Assembly: GCF_964204645.1 (NCBI RefSeq)
Contig: NC_134030.1
Location: forward strand, 1,719,355 to 1,783,354
Direction: 5' to 3'
Origin: Tubulanus polymorphus
Lineage: Eukaryota > Animalia > Nemertea
Length of the DNA stretch: 64,000 nucleotides
The notes beneath the pieces were generated by a model. It worked only from the letters and a program-made list of their open reading frames with translations. It did not search any database and was not told the DNA's origin. Each line of letters begins with the position of its first letter. Position 1 is the first letter of the stretch. Made by a program: the position numbers and the translations under genes. Shown here piece after piece: positions 1-12,685 of the stretch.

Positions 1-580
1 GAAAATACATAATATATCAGATTGTGGTTATCATGGTAATCATGGTATGAATAAATTAGCATGGACGCAGTAAATTTGTTCTAGCATCATTTGTACTGGA
101 CGTGAGGGTGCCCTCGCCCGCTGGGCGTTTTTGCAGCTTTAGGCATATAGAAAAAGTAAAAATATTTAATCATTTGAAAATATATCTAGCCTCTCATACA
201 GTTAAGTACTTTTACTTGCCTTATTCTTAAGCATGATATAAATGAATTATGCTGGACGTGAGACAGAAACGGAAAGAAAACAGGCCGGCCCAATTCCTGG
301 CCACCTTCATACCGAATGTTGAGTCAAAAAGGTGCTTTGGGCTTTAAAGAATTGAAGACACTATTGTAAGCCGAAATAATTGTGGAATTGGACTAAAATT
401 AAATCAAAAAATATGTGGTACATGTTATAGTTGATTTTTTTTCAGTGAAGGCATATTAGGCGCACATGAACGACTCATGCGTTCAAGGCATATCCCTTCA
501 CTTATGAATATTTTTAAGATCAGTTAATAAATCCGGAATTGTCCCCGAACGAAGCCGCTCCTCCAATAGGAATCTCCCAG
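1..580. repeat. Direct segmental duplication of about 2146-2727
   Basis: Near-identical sequence at an offset of about 2146 bp; 1938-2170 is also repeated at about 2752-2980. Confidence 0.9.
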
Positions 581-764
581 AGGCAATTTAATTGATGGGC
601 ACATTTTCAAAATTTGTTTTGGTTAGCGGGCCCCCGACACAGAGTTATGTAAACTGGTCACAACTTTTAACTACATACAAAAAAATTGAATGCATTGAAA
701 TTGTATTTGGAGACTGAACTTACTTGGTGCTTGAAAGTCGGGAGGCGTCTCTGGAGGGGTGCTA

Positions 765-795
<31 letters not shown>

Positions 796-3727
796 TGTTG
801 TTGTTATTTGACAGATTAGAAACAGGCGTCTCCGGAGGAGTGCGCTGCTGCTGCTGCTGTTGTGATTCACCGACTGTAAATGGAAATAATATAAAAATAA
901 ATGCAACAGAAAATGAACACAACAGGCACTTATTACACGGTAGTTCAGTAGAATGAAGGGGTCTGGGTACAAAAACGTGTATTTTAAGATTATCAGTATA
1001 TATTTCCGTGAGGAATTTCATAAAAACCGGCACGTACGAGGGAAGTGAGGCATGTGAGATTGAGGGCGTCACTGATACTTACATTTAGCAGCGGTGACCT
1101 AGCCTGCGAGGCAAACTGACGCTAGAAATGAAAATAAAAAAATACATTAGTCAAATTCATTAACGTTGCTAAGTTCAAGTTGCTGGTTTTTTAAACAATT
1201 TTAATAAGAAAAAAATATTCAGGTATAGCTAGCACTATATCAGGAACGTAGCTTGAGGCGGTTCGGGGGGGTTCGAAAATTCAGTTCCTCGCAAAGAAAA
1301 ATTAAAAACAGAAATGTTAAACTTACAAATATTGAAATTTGTTCATTTAATCAAAACCTTCGTTATATCAATAGAAATCTCCCAGAGGCAATTTAATTGA
1401 TGGGCACATTTTCAAAATTTGTTTTGGTTAGCGGCCCCCGACACAGAGTTATGAAAACTGGTCACAACTTTAACCGTTTTAGCTCCATACAAAAAATTAA
1501 ATGCGTTGAAATTGTATTTGAAGACTGAACTTACTTCGCGCTTGGAAGTCGGGAGGCGTCTCTGGCGGGAGGGGTGCGCTGCTGCTGCTGCTGTTGTTGT
1601 TATCCGAATTCAGAGGTGGCGATCGGCCTGGCGACCCAAAGTAGAGACGCTAGAAATTAAAAAATAATATAAATATATTAGTCAATTTCATTAAAGTTTA
1701 AATTTTCAACATTTTTATTGTAACGTTCATTAGTTAATAAATTAGCATGAAGCGATGAATTTGTACTCACAGGTGCATATGGACTTGATGTAGAGGGACC
1801 CCCTTGTCCGCTGGGTGCCTTTTTGGTGGCTTTTGACATCTAAAAACATTAGTTATAATATTAAATAATATGAAAATATATAATATATCGAGCCAGTGAT
1901 ACAGTTGAGTACTTTCTTACAACTATTCTTAATCATGAATAAATTGAAAATATATCATATATCGAGCCAGTCAAACAGTTCAGTACTTTCTAACAACTAT
2001 TCTTAATCATGAATAAATTAGCATGGAAACAGTAAATTTGTACTAACAGTAGGATACGGGCTTGATGTTGAGGGCCCGCACCCCACGTTTTTTTCACTGC
2101 TTTCGGCATTATCTAGAAAAATAAGTAAAACTATAAAATCATTCGAAAATACATAATATATCAGATTGTGGTAATCATGGTAATCATGGTATGAATAAAT
2201 TAGCATGGACGCAGTAAATTTGTTCTAGCACCATTTGTACTGGACGTGAGGGTGCCCTCGCCCGCTGGGCGTTTTTGCAGCTTTAGGCATATAGAAAAAG
2301 TAAAAATATTAAATCATTTGAAAATATATCTAGCCTCTCATACAGTTAAGTACTTTTACTTGCCTTATTCTTAAGCATGATATAAATGAATTATGCTGGG
2401 CGTGAGACAGAAACGGAAAGAAAACAGGCCGGCCCAATTCCCGGCCACCTTCATACCGAATGTTGAGTCAAAAAGGTGCTTTGGGCTTTAAAGAATTGAA
2501 GACACTATTGTAAGCCGAAATAATTGTGGAATTGGACTAAAATTAAATCAAAAAATATGTGGTACATGTTATAGTTGATTTTTTTTCAGTGAAGGCATAT
2601 TAGGCGCACATGAACGACTCATGCGTTCAAGGCATATCCCTTCACTGAAAGAATATTTTTTAAATCGGTTAACAAATCCGGAATTGTCCCCAAACGAAGC
2701 CGCTCCTCCAATAGGAATCTCCCAGAGATTTTCGAGTAGTAATGATATTAAATAAATTGAAAATATATCATATATCGAGCCAGTCAAACAGTTCAGTACT
2801 TTCTAACAACTATTCTTAATCATGAATAAATTAGCATGGAAACAGTAAATTTGTACTAACAGTAGGATACGGGCTTGATGTTGAGGGCCCGCACCCCACG
2901 TTTTTTTCACTGCTTTCGGCATTATCTAGAAAAATAAGTAAAACTATAAAATCATTTGAAAATAAATTATATATCAGATTGTCAAACGGTTCAATACTTT
3001 CATGGTATTAATAAATTAGCATGGACGCAGTAAATTTGTACTAGCACCATCGTTTGTACTGGACGTGAGGGTGCCCTCGCTCATTGAAATTCCCTTTTGT
3101 TTACCATGAGGTAACATTTCAGATGGAGCCACTTTGACTATAATAAACGGTTGTAGTTCTACAGTTCACTGCTTCAGGTTTTCTATTGCAATATGTCACT
3201 ATTGAACAAGAAACAAGAAATCAATCGAAGTTTGTCCGAACTGGTTTTTCAGTTTTTCTCCACTCGTCTATAACGGGCTATCAATCAATATGGTCGAATG
3301 TGCAGAATGTTCCAGCTGATAAAAACTGGGTTCCAAAATAATCAGCCCTTTGCATGTGATGATGCGAACGATCTGCCTGGGTGCACCCTGGTATAGATTT
3401 GACGATGCAGTAATGTATGACGGACATTACCTGTCAGTAGCAGAAGCAGGGTTTAATATTCTATATATATAAATTTCGGTTTCAAGCTCAAGAATGATGA
3501 CTTCAAACAGGCGTTTACGATAACTTACTTCAATTCCGGACATGGAAATGTTAAAACGTCGTTTTTGTTGTTGTTGTTGTTTTTCAGTTCTTATTGCATA
3601 CGGGCTTGATGTACTTGGACACGCGCCCCGTGTTTTTTTTCATTGCTTTAGGCATAATCTAGAAAAACAAGTAAAAATATTTAATCATTTGAAAATATAT
3701 CAGTCGGTCTTATTCTGGTTCAGTGAA

Positions 3728-3870
3728 CTAATTCTCTATATGGTGCATGTAGGGGTCCAGGGACACCACATCCACTAATTCTCTATATGGCGCATGTAGG
3801 GGTCCAGGGACACCACATCCACTAATTCTCTATATGGTGCATGTAGGGGTCCAGGGACACCACATCCACT
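3728..3870. repeat. 47-bp minisatellite (3 copies)
   Basis: Unit ctaattctctatatggtgcatgtaggggtccagggacaccacatcca. Confidence 0.95.
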
Positions 3871-4985
3871 TAGTTGTTGGGCCCGGGCGCTTTCACCCTT
3901 CTTGCTGAAAATCAACTGATATCCTGAATTCTGACTAATTACAGATTGAAAACTGTGATTCACAAGTGCATAATCAATTATTTCAATCCAAATAAGATTT
4001 TCTTAGCTACAGTTTAAATCATCTTAGTTTAATGAAATATGAAAACAAATAAAGATTCTTACCTCCGTCAGATCTCCTTAAACACCCGCCCACGGACTCT
4101 TTCTGACCATCTTTTGGCACCCGGGGGCGGCTGTCTGACAGGCCGCTGCTGAGGCGAATTTTTTTGGGCGTGGGGGAGGGGCAGCAGCGGGCGACAAAGG
4201 ATTAACCGGTGGTGGTAATATCCTATCGGGAACCAAGTTTCTTTTAAACTCCCTCACCAAATCACCAAATGGGCAGTCGTCTAAAATGTTGATCACTGTA
4301 AAATAAAAATAGAGAGAAATATTACAAATTATTTTTATTCAGCAGTTAAATTGTACAATTATTCGTTATCTATGATTTCCTGATGAGATTTACTGTTTGA
4401 GCATCCAGAGATTCCAAACTTTGTCGTTTAACCAATAATTGGTTTAACGATATCACACGGCACCTGCTGAACTCTTTGTTACGTGTATCAGTCTTATATA
4501 TGTATTTATTACTTATATTTGTGTAAGGATTGTGTGACGTGACAGTGAATAATTAGCATAATTAATGCAAACTGGATTTCGTCTACGGACGGATGAAAAG
4601 TGAACGCAATAACTATAGTCACAAGTGAGATAAAAGAAATTAATTAGTTTGAACTTGAAATAGATATAGCTGTCGTGCTGGATTGGTGAAAAAACCTGTA
4701 AAAATAAAATAAAACAAATTATTAGATGGATATTCATGAATGGAAATGACAACTGTAGAGATAGCATCATTGATATATTACTTCTACGATGATGAGACTT
4801 AATCGAATTTGAATTTATTCCTAATTCGCATAATTTATGCATAACAGCTACTACCCTCTATTTTCAAATTACAAATTGAAATAAGCCTGATTTATTAGAA
4901 AATAGTTATCATTTACCGGCGTAGAAACACCACTGGGTGGCGTTGTGGGTAAAAACTCAATTCCAGAAATGGAAACATCAAAAGG

Positions 4986-5019
<34 letters not shown>

Positions 5020-5158
5020 GTTCTAGTAGCGTAAGGGCTTGACGTTGAGGGCCCGCGCCCCGGGGTTTTCTTAGAGCTTTTGGCATTATCTAGAAAAACA
5101 AGTAAAAATATTAAATCATTTGAAAATATATCAGTCAGTCTTATTCTGGTTCAGTGAA

Positions 5159-5678
5159 CTAATTCTTTATATGGTGCATGTAGGGGTCCAGGGACACCAC
5201 ATCCACTAATTCTCTATATGGTGCATGTAGGGGTCCAGGGACACCACATCCACTAATTCTCTATATGGTGCATGTAGGGGTCCAGGGACACCACATCCAC
5301 TAATTCTCTATATGGTGCGTGTAGGGGTCCAGGGACACCACATCCACTAATTCTCTATATGGTGCATGTAGGGGTCCAGGGACACGACATCCACTAATTC
5401 TCTATATGGTGCATGTAGGGGTCCAGGGACACCACATCCACTAATTCTCTATATGGTGCATGTAGGGGTCCAGGGACACCACATCTACTAATTCTCTATA
5501 CGATGCATGTAGGGGTCCAGGGACACCACATCCACTAATTCTCTATATGGTGCATGTAGGGGTCCAGGGACACCACATCCACTAATTCTCTATATGGTGC
5601 ATGTAGGGGTCCAGGGACACCACATCCACTAATTCTCTATATGGTGCATGTAGGGGTCCAGGGACACCACATCCACTT
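5159..5678. repeat. 47-bp minisatellite (about 11 copies)
   Basis: Same unit as 3728-3870. Confidence 0.95.
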
Positions 5679-6624
5679 AGTTGTTGGGCCCGGGCGCTTT
5701 CACCCTTCTTGCTGAAAATCAACTGATATCCTGAATTCTGACTAATTACAGATTGAAAACTGTGATTCACAAGTGCAATAATCAATGATTTCAATCCAAA
5801 TAAGATTTTCTTAGCTACAGTTTAATCATTACCAAGTGGAGCTAGGAGCTGATCTAATGTGTTTTTCATCAGCTAATCATTCATATTTAGGCCTCTATCT
5901 AATACATCTGTATGATACTTACGATGATTTTAAACGAATCTGACTGTCCAATACGACGTCTGTGAAACGAATGATTCGATCAGCTGACCGCTGGTCACTG
6001 TTCAGTAGTGTTCGCTATAAAAGAGAAAACATATTCATACAATGACAACCAATTCATATATATAGGAGTATAATATAATGATGATAATAGAAAAACTATC
6101 AGATTAAGAAATAAAGAATATCATAATATCAAATAAATTGAAAATCCATCATATATCGTGCCACAGTTCAGTACTTTCCTTACAACTATCCTTAATCATG
6201 GTATGAATCAATTAGCATGAAAGCAGTAAATTTGTACTTACAGCAGCATACGGGCTTGACGTTGAGGGGCCCGCGCCCCGTGTTTTTTTCATAGCTTTTG
6301 GCATAATTCGTAATGTGGATGGGCTGGTGTCCCATGTTTTTTGTTTGCTTTTAGCATACTTGAATGGTTAATGCTTAACATCTCTCCCAGATTGTATTGG
6401 CTTGAAACCTGCCTTATTGGTATCTAGAAAAATATGTATAACTATTTAATCATTTGAAAATACATTTTATAATTAGTCAGTCATACAGTTCAGTACTTTC
6501 TTACACTTATTCTTAAGCATAGTATGAATAAATTAGCATGAAAAGAGTAAATTTGTAGTTACCAGCATACGGGCCGGCGCCCCACATTTTTTCATGGCTT
6601 TTGGCATTGTTTTCTTTGTTTGTG

Positions 6625-6825
6625 GCAGCAACTATGGGTCGGTCTGTCTTGAGTTTGTTGGTTGTTGCAGCAGCTATGGGTCTGTCTTGAGTTTGTTGAT
6701 TGTTGCAGCAGCTGGGTCAGTCTTGAGTTTGTTGGTTGTTTCAGCAGCTATGGGTCAGTCTTGAGTTTGTTGGTTGTTTCAGCAGCAGCAGCTATGGGTC
6801 AGTCTTGAGTTTGTTGGTTGTCTTG
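6625..6825. repeat. About 35-40-bp degenerate tandem repeat
   Basis: gcagctatgggtcagtcttgagtttgttggttgtttca, about 5 copies. Confidence 0.8.
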
Positions 6826-9800
6826 ATTTTTTTCTTCAGGAATTCAAGAACAAAGTAGTCGCATGTAGGTAGACACATTCATGAATCACTCAGTGTCTTC
6901 CTGTCCCACCATAACTTCCTTGATCCTCATTACTCGGATTTATTCTCTGAACCACTTTTCCATGTTTGTTGTGGTTTGTTTGTTTTGATTTGCTGGTGGT
7001 TTAAGCATGCATGTAGAGGGAGCTCTATCAATCCAGGAATAGTCAGCTCACAAGCAGCCCCTGCCCCAAAAGGTTTAGACATATTTTCAAAAGCTCTTGT
7101 TCTGTAGAACCGAGAGCGGAGCTCTGACTTGTTCCCCTCACTGCTGAGGTCTACTTTCTCTGATTCGCTGATTGGCTTCTCTTTGGTACATTTTAGATGA
7201 TCAAAAACTAGAAACTGTCATGCGTTTATTCATTTTGGTATGTTAAAATTCTTTTACAGTAAAGGCATATTAGGCACATCAAAACAAATCCGGAATTGTC
7301 CCCGAACGAAGTGGCTCCCTCCACTCTCCATCAGTATGCCGGGCCACCACCTCTACCTCTCGGGCCACTCGATCCCTCGCCAGCTTTTTGGGCGAGTGAA
7401 CGAGTGACCGCCCGAGATACGGATGGAGGAGCAGGACCCGCACCTGCCCCAGCCCCACCACCATCCCTCCTCGGCCTCTTCCTATTAATTCTTACCCCTT
7501 CCTCCTGATTGCCTTGATCAGCTGCGCCATCCGCAGTGGCAACTCTTGCCTCCCCTCCCTGAGGAGCCACGACGACCGCAACTTTTCTTTTCCTTTTCGT
7601 GCGAGTTTTTTTTGGCGGTGGTCGTGTCTGTAAAGAGAAAAAAATGAACAATAAGTATTTAGTATAATACACCTATGTGCGTATAATACACCTATGTGAG
7701 TCCTTCGCTATTAAACACATAGAACTGTGGAACTGGATCCCGAGGCTAATCTAAATGCGCGCAACTGAGTCCAAGTGCAACTAAAGCACACAACTGCGGA
7801 TCAGATAAATCATTGGTAGATTCACTTGTAAAATATCTCGCTAAGAACAAACTAAAAACTGTAGAATGTTGTTGAAACTGTTGTGTGTTATTCATTTGGG
7901 TATATGTTATATTTGAATTTTTTTCAGTGAAGGCATATTAGGCGCACATGAACGTCTCATGCGTTCAAGGCATATCCCTTCACTGAAAGAATATTCTTTA
8001 GATCAGTTAACAAATCCGGAATTGTCCCCGAACGAAGTGGCACCCTCCACTCTCCATCAGTATGCCGGGCCACCACCTCTACCTCTCGGGCCACTCGATC
8101 ACTCGCCAGCTTTTTGACGAGTGACCGCCCAAGTTACGGATGGAGGAGCAGGAGGAGCAGGACCCGCACCATCTCCAGCCCCACCACCATCCCTCCTCGG
8201 CCGCTTCCTATTTATCACCTCCCCTTCCTCCCGATTACCTTCGTCAGCCGCACCATCCGCCGGGACCACTCTTGCTCCTCCTCCCTGCGGAGCCACGACG
8301 ACCGCAACTGGTACTTTTCGGTTTCTCTTGGTTTCCCACCATCTTTCAAAAGAGAACTATCAATATATCATTAGCTACAAGGAAACTTTTCAGAAACTTT
8401 TTCAGGTCATTCTTTCTTGTATTATTAGCATTTGATTCTCTATATATCGTCAGAACATGGACTCAGAGTGTTTCTTTAATGGTTAAGAATGTCTCTTTAA
8501 CCAACATCCCCCTAGCCTGCTTCCTACATATCCCTTCCCTTTCCTCCTGATTACCTTTGATCCCCACTGCCTAGCAGCTAACAGCTGCTGCTATTTTATC
8601 TGGTTCACATGTTTTGCAGATAGTGTCTGTTATGCTATAGTTGTTCTTTTAATCGTTTAACTTCTTCATCTGAAATTTCATTATTCTAATTTCAGTTTCA
8701 CGCAGGAAATGGTTCATGAAAATCTGCATTGAGACTGGGACGAAATGTGCATTGAGACAGATGAAATCTGCATGAACAGAGATATACTTTAAGATCCCCA
8801 TTTTATCCATCGGAGTGAATGTACATCCACTACTCACAGGTAGCAAACCTACAAACGCTAAACACTCATCCCTGGGCCCTGATTCAAAATAAAAAAAAAA
8901 GATTAAATTAAGAATTAACATTTTTATGAATCAGTGATCAGTTTCATAAAATAATTCCTAAATTAATTTTAGGGGTTTATTATTTCAGATTGAAATGAAT
9001 TCTTCATGTTTATGCAATTCTCATTATCTTTCATTGCAGCATTTATATATTCAATTTTAATCATACATGTGAAATATATAATGTATTTTCAGGGAAACGT
9101 AAACAAGAAAGGAAGGGAAGAAAGAGAAAGGAAGGGAAGAAAGAGAAGGGAAGGGAAGAAAGAGAAGGGAAGAAAGAGAAGGGAAGAAAGAGTTGGATGA
9201 TTAATGCGCACTTATTCTCCATTCCGAATTCCTGTATTCGACTCTAGGTGATCATCATACGAACGAGATATAGAAAAAAAACATTACTGAAGTCATCTCT
9301 ATTTTTTAGTCTCAATTTGTATTTCTAATTCAATTTACTAAGTGTGTAAGTCATAATTTGGATAAGTCGTCACATTATTGAAGTCATCTCTATTTTGAAG
9401 TCTCAATTAGTATTCAGTTTACTTCAGATAACGTAATTTGGTTTAATCACAAGTCGTCAACATTGGTTTAATCACAAGTCGTCAACATTATAATCAATGT
9501 AACTACAGTGACTACATTATTGTCCTTTCATTGAGAAATTTATGTTAATTTTTGATTTCTGGGATAAATCAAAATTCAAATGTTATCATTTTTTGTATCA
9601 AAAATTGTAAAAAATTGAATAATTTGTGTGCTATTGAAACATTCAGTTATGGGGAGTTTTTAGCTCAGAAAACTTTGAGCCTGTTTATACAAGTGTTGTA
9701 ACAAGTGTTGAACAATTCAAAGATCATGTTTTTTATACTTTGTCATGCAAGAAAGAAAAAATTTTTTCTAGTATATTGATGTTTCCAAAAAAACATATGA

Positions 9801-11899
9801 TTCAACTTTAAAAGGCCAACAAGCCTTCTAATAAAACTAGTTTGTCATATATATATATATTACTTGGTCATTGTCAAGTTTTTTAAAAAATATTTTGGTT
9901 TTCTCAGCTTTCTCTGGTGGAAATTTCTTCGTGGAATTCCTCTTCTATACAAGTTCCTCCTCAGACTGTTTTAATGCGAGAGTTTATAACAACCGGATCC
10001 TCAGAAAATGGTCGGAGTGCCAAGTCTTCGATTTAAGATCACCAGTCTTATCTGAGACCATAAGTTCACTAGCAAGTTTCACTAGCGATTCCAACAGCTA
10101 TAGGATGGAACAGTATTATTATATAGGTCACCACTGTGCAATTGAGCCCAGATAATCAGAAAAAGATAAAAGTGAAGATATGTGATGGGATTCATTGAAA
10201 ATTTTGCATATATAATTAATTCATTGAACTACTTAATTTGTATGACTTATTTTTTGGGAATTTTCGAATTTGTCATCAATAACTAGTATATATTTCTTTT
10301 CAAGTTGTGAGCGATCTAGTTCTCTGTCGACCCATTGAAAATGAATCGACTCTGAACTGTAGAACTGAACCCAGGGAGCTGAATCTCGCGTGCCACAGCA
10401 AGATACAGAGCTCTTCAATGTCTTAACCGTCAGGTGCTGCCCCTAAACAAATCAATAGCGGTAAATCTGTGAACTAACTTATAGCTCGCTTGCCAGAGTA
10501 GAATCATAGCGAGCTGTCTAAAATCTTGAACCGTCTAGTGCTGCCCCTTAATCGATATGTATCGGAAAAATGAATTTATTACTCGCATGCCACAGTAGTT
10601 GAGTAGTTGGAACATCATGATAGACTCGTTTTTCTGTGCAGCTATAACGGGAACTATTTCAGATCTGATAATGAATATAAACTCAGTCACAGTTCGATAA
10701 CAAACGCCGCTGGGTGAAATTGATGTAAACAAATAATCCTGTTGAAATTGAATTTAGTTTAAGATATATTTTCGTGGTAGTTTTTATTTCCAAGCTGTTT
10801 ACGTTCACTTCAAATGATGAAACGATGAAACCATATTAAATACATCCCTGTTCTAGTGGGGATTTTGAGTTTTGGTCCTTTCCGTATCTTCTAGAAACAT
10901 CAAGTAGAAAGGCATTAACTGAACCCTATGTCTTTAACTTCAGGAGTCTATGGAGTTTTCGGATGCCTCTTTTCCTCACTTCTTGCATTCGTCACTATTA
11001 GAAATCCGGACAAACTGAATTCAGTTCGACGAGGCCGAAGAACAGAAGACCAAAGAGTGATCTGCACTAGCCGCAGGGTTCGTGTTGGCTTGGATCGGTG
11101 GGAGGCAATCAAACCCCGACACGTGAAGATGTATCCTCAAAAATGGATACCGGAACGCTTCTCTGGTTTACGATGATTAGTCTGCAGGGATAACTCTTTG
11201 GCGGGGCGTGATCGCGTGAATAGCCCAAACTAAACCTTCAGAGTTCACTGTACTACAGCATACAACATCTGATAACTTGCATAATAAAGCGCGGCGTGCA
11301 TGAAAAGAATTGTATAAATGCGGGCAAGATTCCGTGCCCTGGCAATCGAACGCCGGAGTGGAGGTATTCCATACACTGGTAGGTGAGTCGGAGCATAGAC
11401 TGGTTGCTTGTCCCATAGAGACCGGTAACCAGTCTAGCCACCTCACGATCAGTCTACATTGAAAAACCATTACTGAAATATGGTTGACGGAAATATTCAT
11501 TTCATATCAGATTCTGAAATATTTTCTCGTATTGACTACAAAATTTTTATTATCTTTATAAGATAAATCTGCCAAAGCTCAACAATTTGAATTAGTGAAA
11601 ACCGATGTGCGAAGTCGTCAATTCAGTAGCCCGATAGAGCCCGGTAACCAGTCTAACTGTCAATGTTCATTGCGCGGGAATGAACGGGCAACCAGTCTAC
11701 GATGAAAAATCATTTCTGAAAAATTATGAACGGAGATATTCATTTTACTTTGAATTTTGAATTATCTTATAAAACTGACAGCCATATTAACCAAAGTATT
11801 AATAGTAAATCTGATAAAATCTAATACCGGTTTTAGAATAGGTGAAAACTGATTTATGTGATGCCGTCGGTTCAGAAGACTGATCCGTAGAATCGTTCG

Positions 11900-12069
11900 C
11901 CACTTTCTTCCGGTGCACTTACTTCCGCGTTTGTGATTTGCATACAAGTAGTTTGAATGTTAAATGTATTAAGCCGCGTGTTGATTGGTTGAGGTCAGTG
12001 CGGTTTACTGAACGATGACCAGCTGTCAGCTGATCGAATCATTCGTTTCACAGACATTACGACGTAAGT
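11900..12069. promoter_or_regulatory. Candidate bidirectional promoter with divergent first exons
   Basis: Minus-strand donor gtaagt at 11917-11922, CCAAT (attgg 11984-11988), ETS-like acttccg, plus-strand donor gtaagt at 12064; 12005-12056 has an inverted paralog near 5958-6005. Confidence 0.3.
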
Positions 12070-12685
12070 ATATTTTACATCTTTGATCAAAAATTGTAGT
12101 GTAAAAAAACTCAAAACTAAGGCCTCTATAAATGATCGATTGACTTTAAATGATTACTTTAGCACAGCTCTTGTAGACAATGATTAGGTGTCATAGTAGT
12201 TTAGCTCGAAAGTGCACATATAAGGTTAATTTTCATCCCTTATTTAGAGACCGAGGTATTGAGCGTCCATTTCAGCCCTTAAAACATCATCAACCTACCT
12301 CAAACTGACTGTTTTTAAATCCAGCAATAGTTACCTAACTATTGACTCATCATGGATTCGATTCAAAAACAATTTTTGATGATCATAGTGATTCGAAACG
12401 TTTGAATTTTTGAAAAACACGAATGCTAAACGACGGATCCGGACTTCGATAGCGGCCCAATGGCAGAGTTGATTTTCTTATTTGGAATTTGAAGATATAA
12501 ATCACTGAAATCAATTGGTTTTCTCAACCAAAATTAAAATTAAGAAGAATTTAGGATGGAGATGTTTGATTTTCATTTTGTCTAAAATGCCGACTTAAAA
12601 ATTAATTCAATTGAATCAAATTAATGAATTCATCATTTCACGATATTATAGATAATCAAAATGTGAATATGAAATCACCTTTTCA

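Larger units (their letters stand above)
1..8400 (-). pseudogene. Scrambled array of gene A paralogous fragments
   Basis: Exon-1 copies near 86-146, 1771-1839, 2048-2112, 2231-2290, 2861-2925, 6242-6304, 6563-6607. Fused exons at 1535-1649, 3529-3658, 4917-5089. Exon 5 at 1083-1121, exon 6 at 724-873, exon 8 at 4063-4295, exon 9 at 7279-7627 and about 7957-8330, exon 9/3'UTR tails near 255-570 and 2400-2725. Many carry frameshifts. Confidence 0.75.

Noticed and set aside
6830-8921. Open stretches at about 6930-7200 and 8649-8880 (-) within the array
   Set aside because: No counterpart in the intact gene A and no recognisable motif, so they cannot be assigned.
9880-11500. Exon-like GC-richer stretches on the - strand
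   Set aside because: Stops in the plausible frames and no recognisable homology; at most pseudo-exons.
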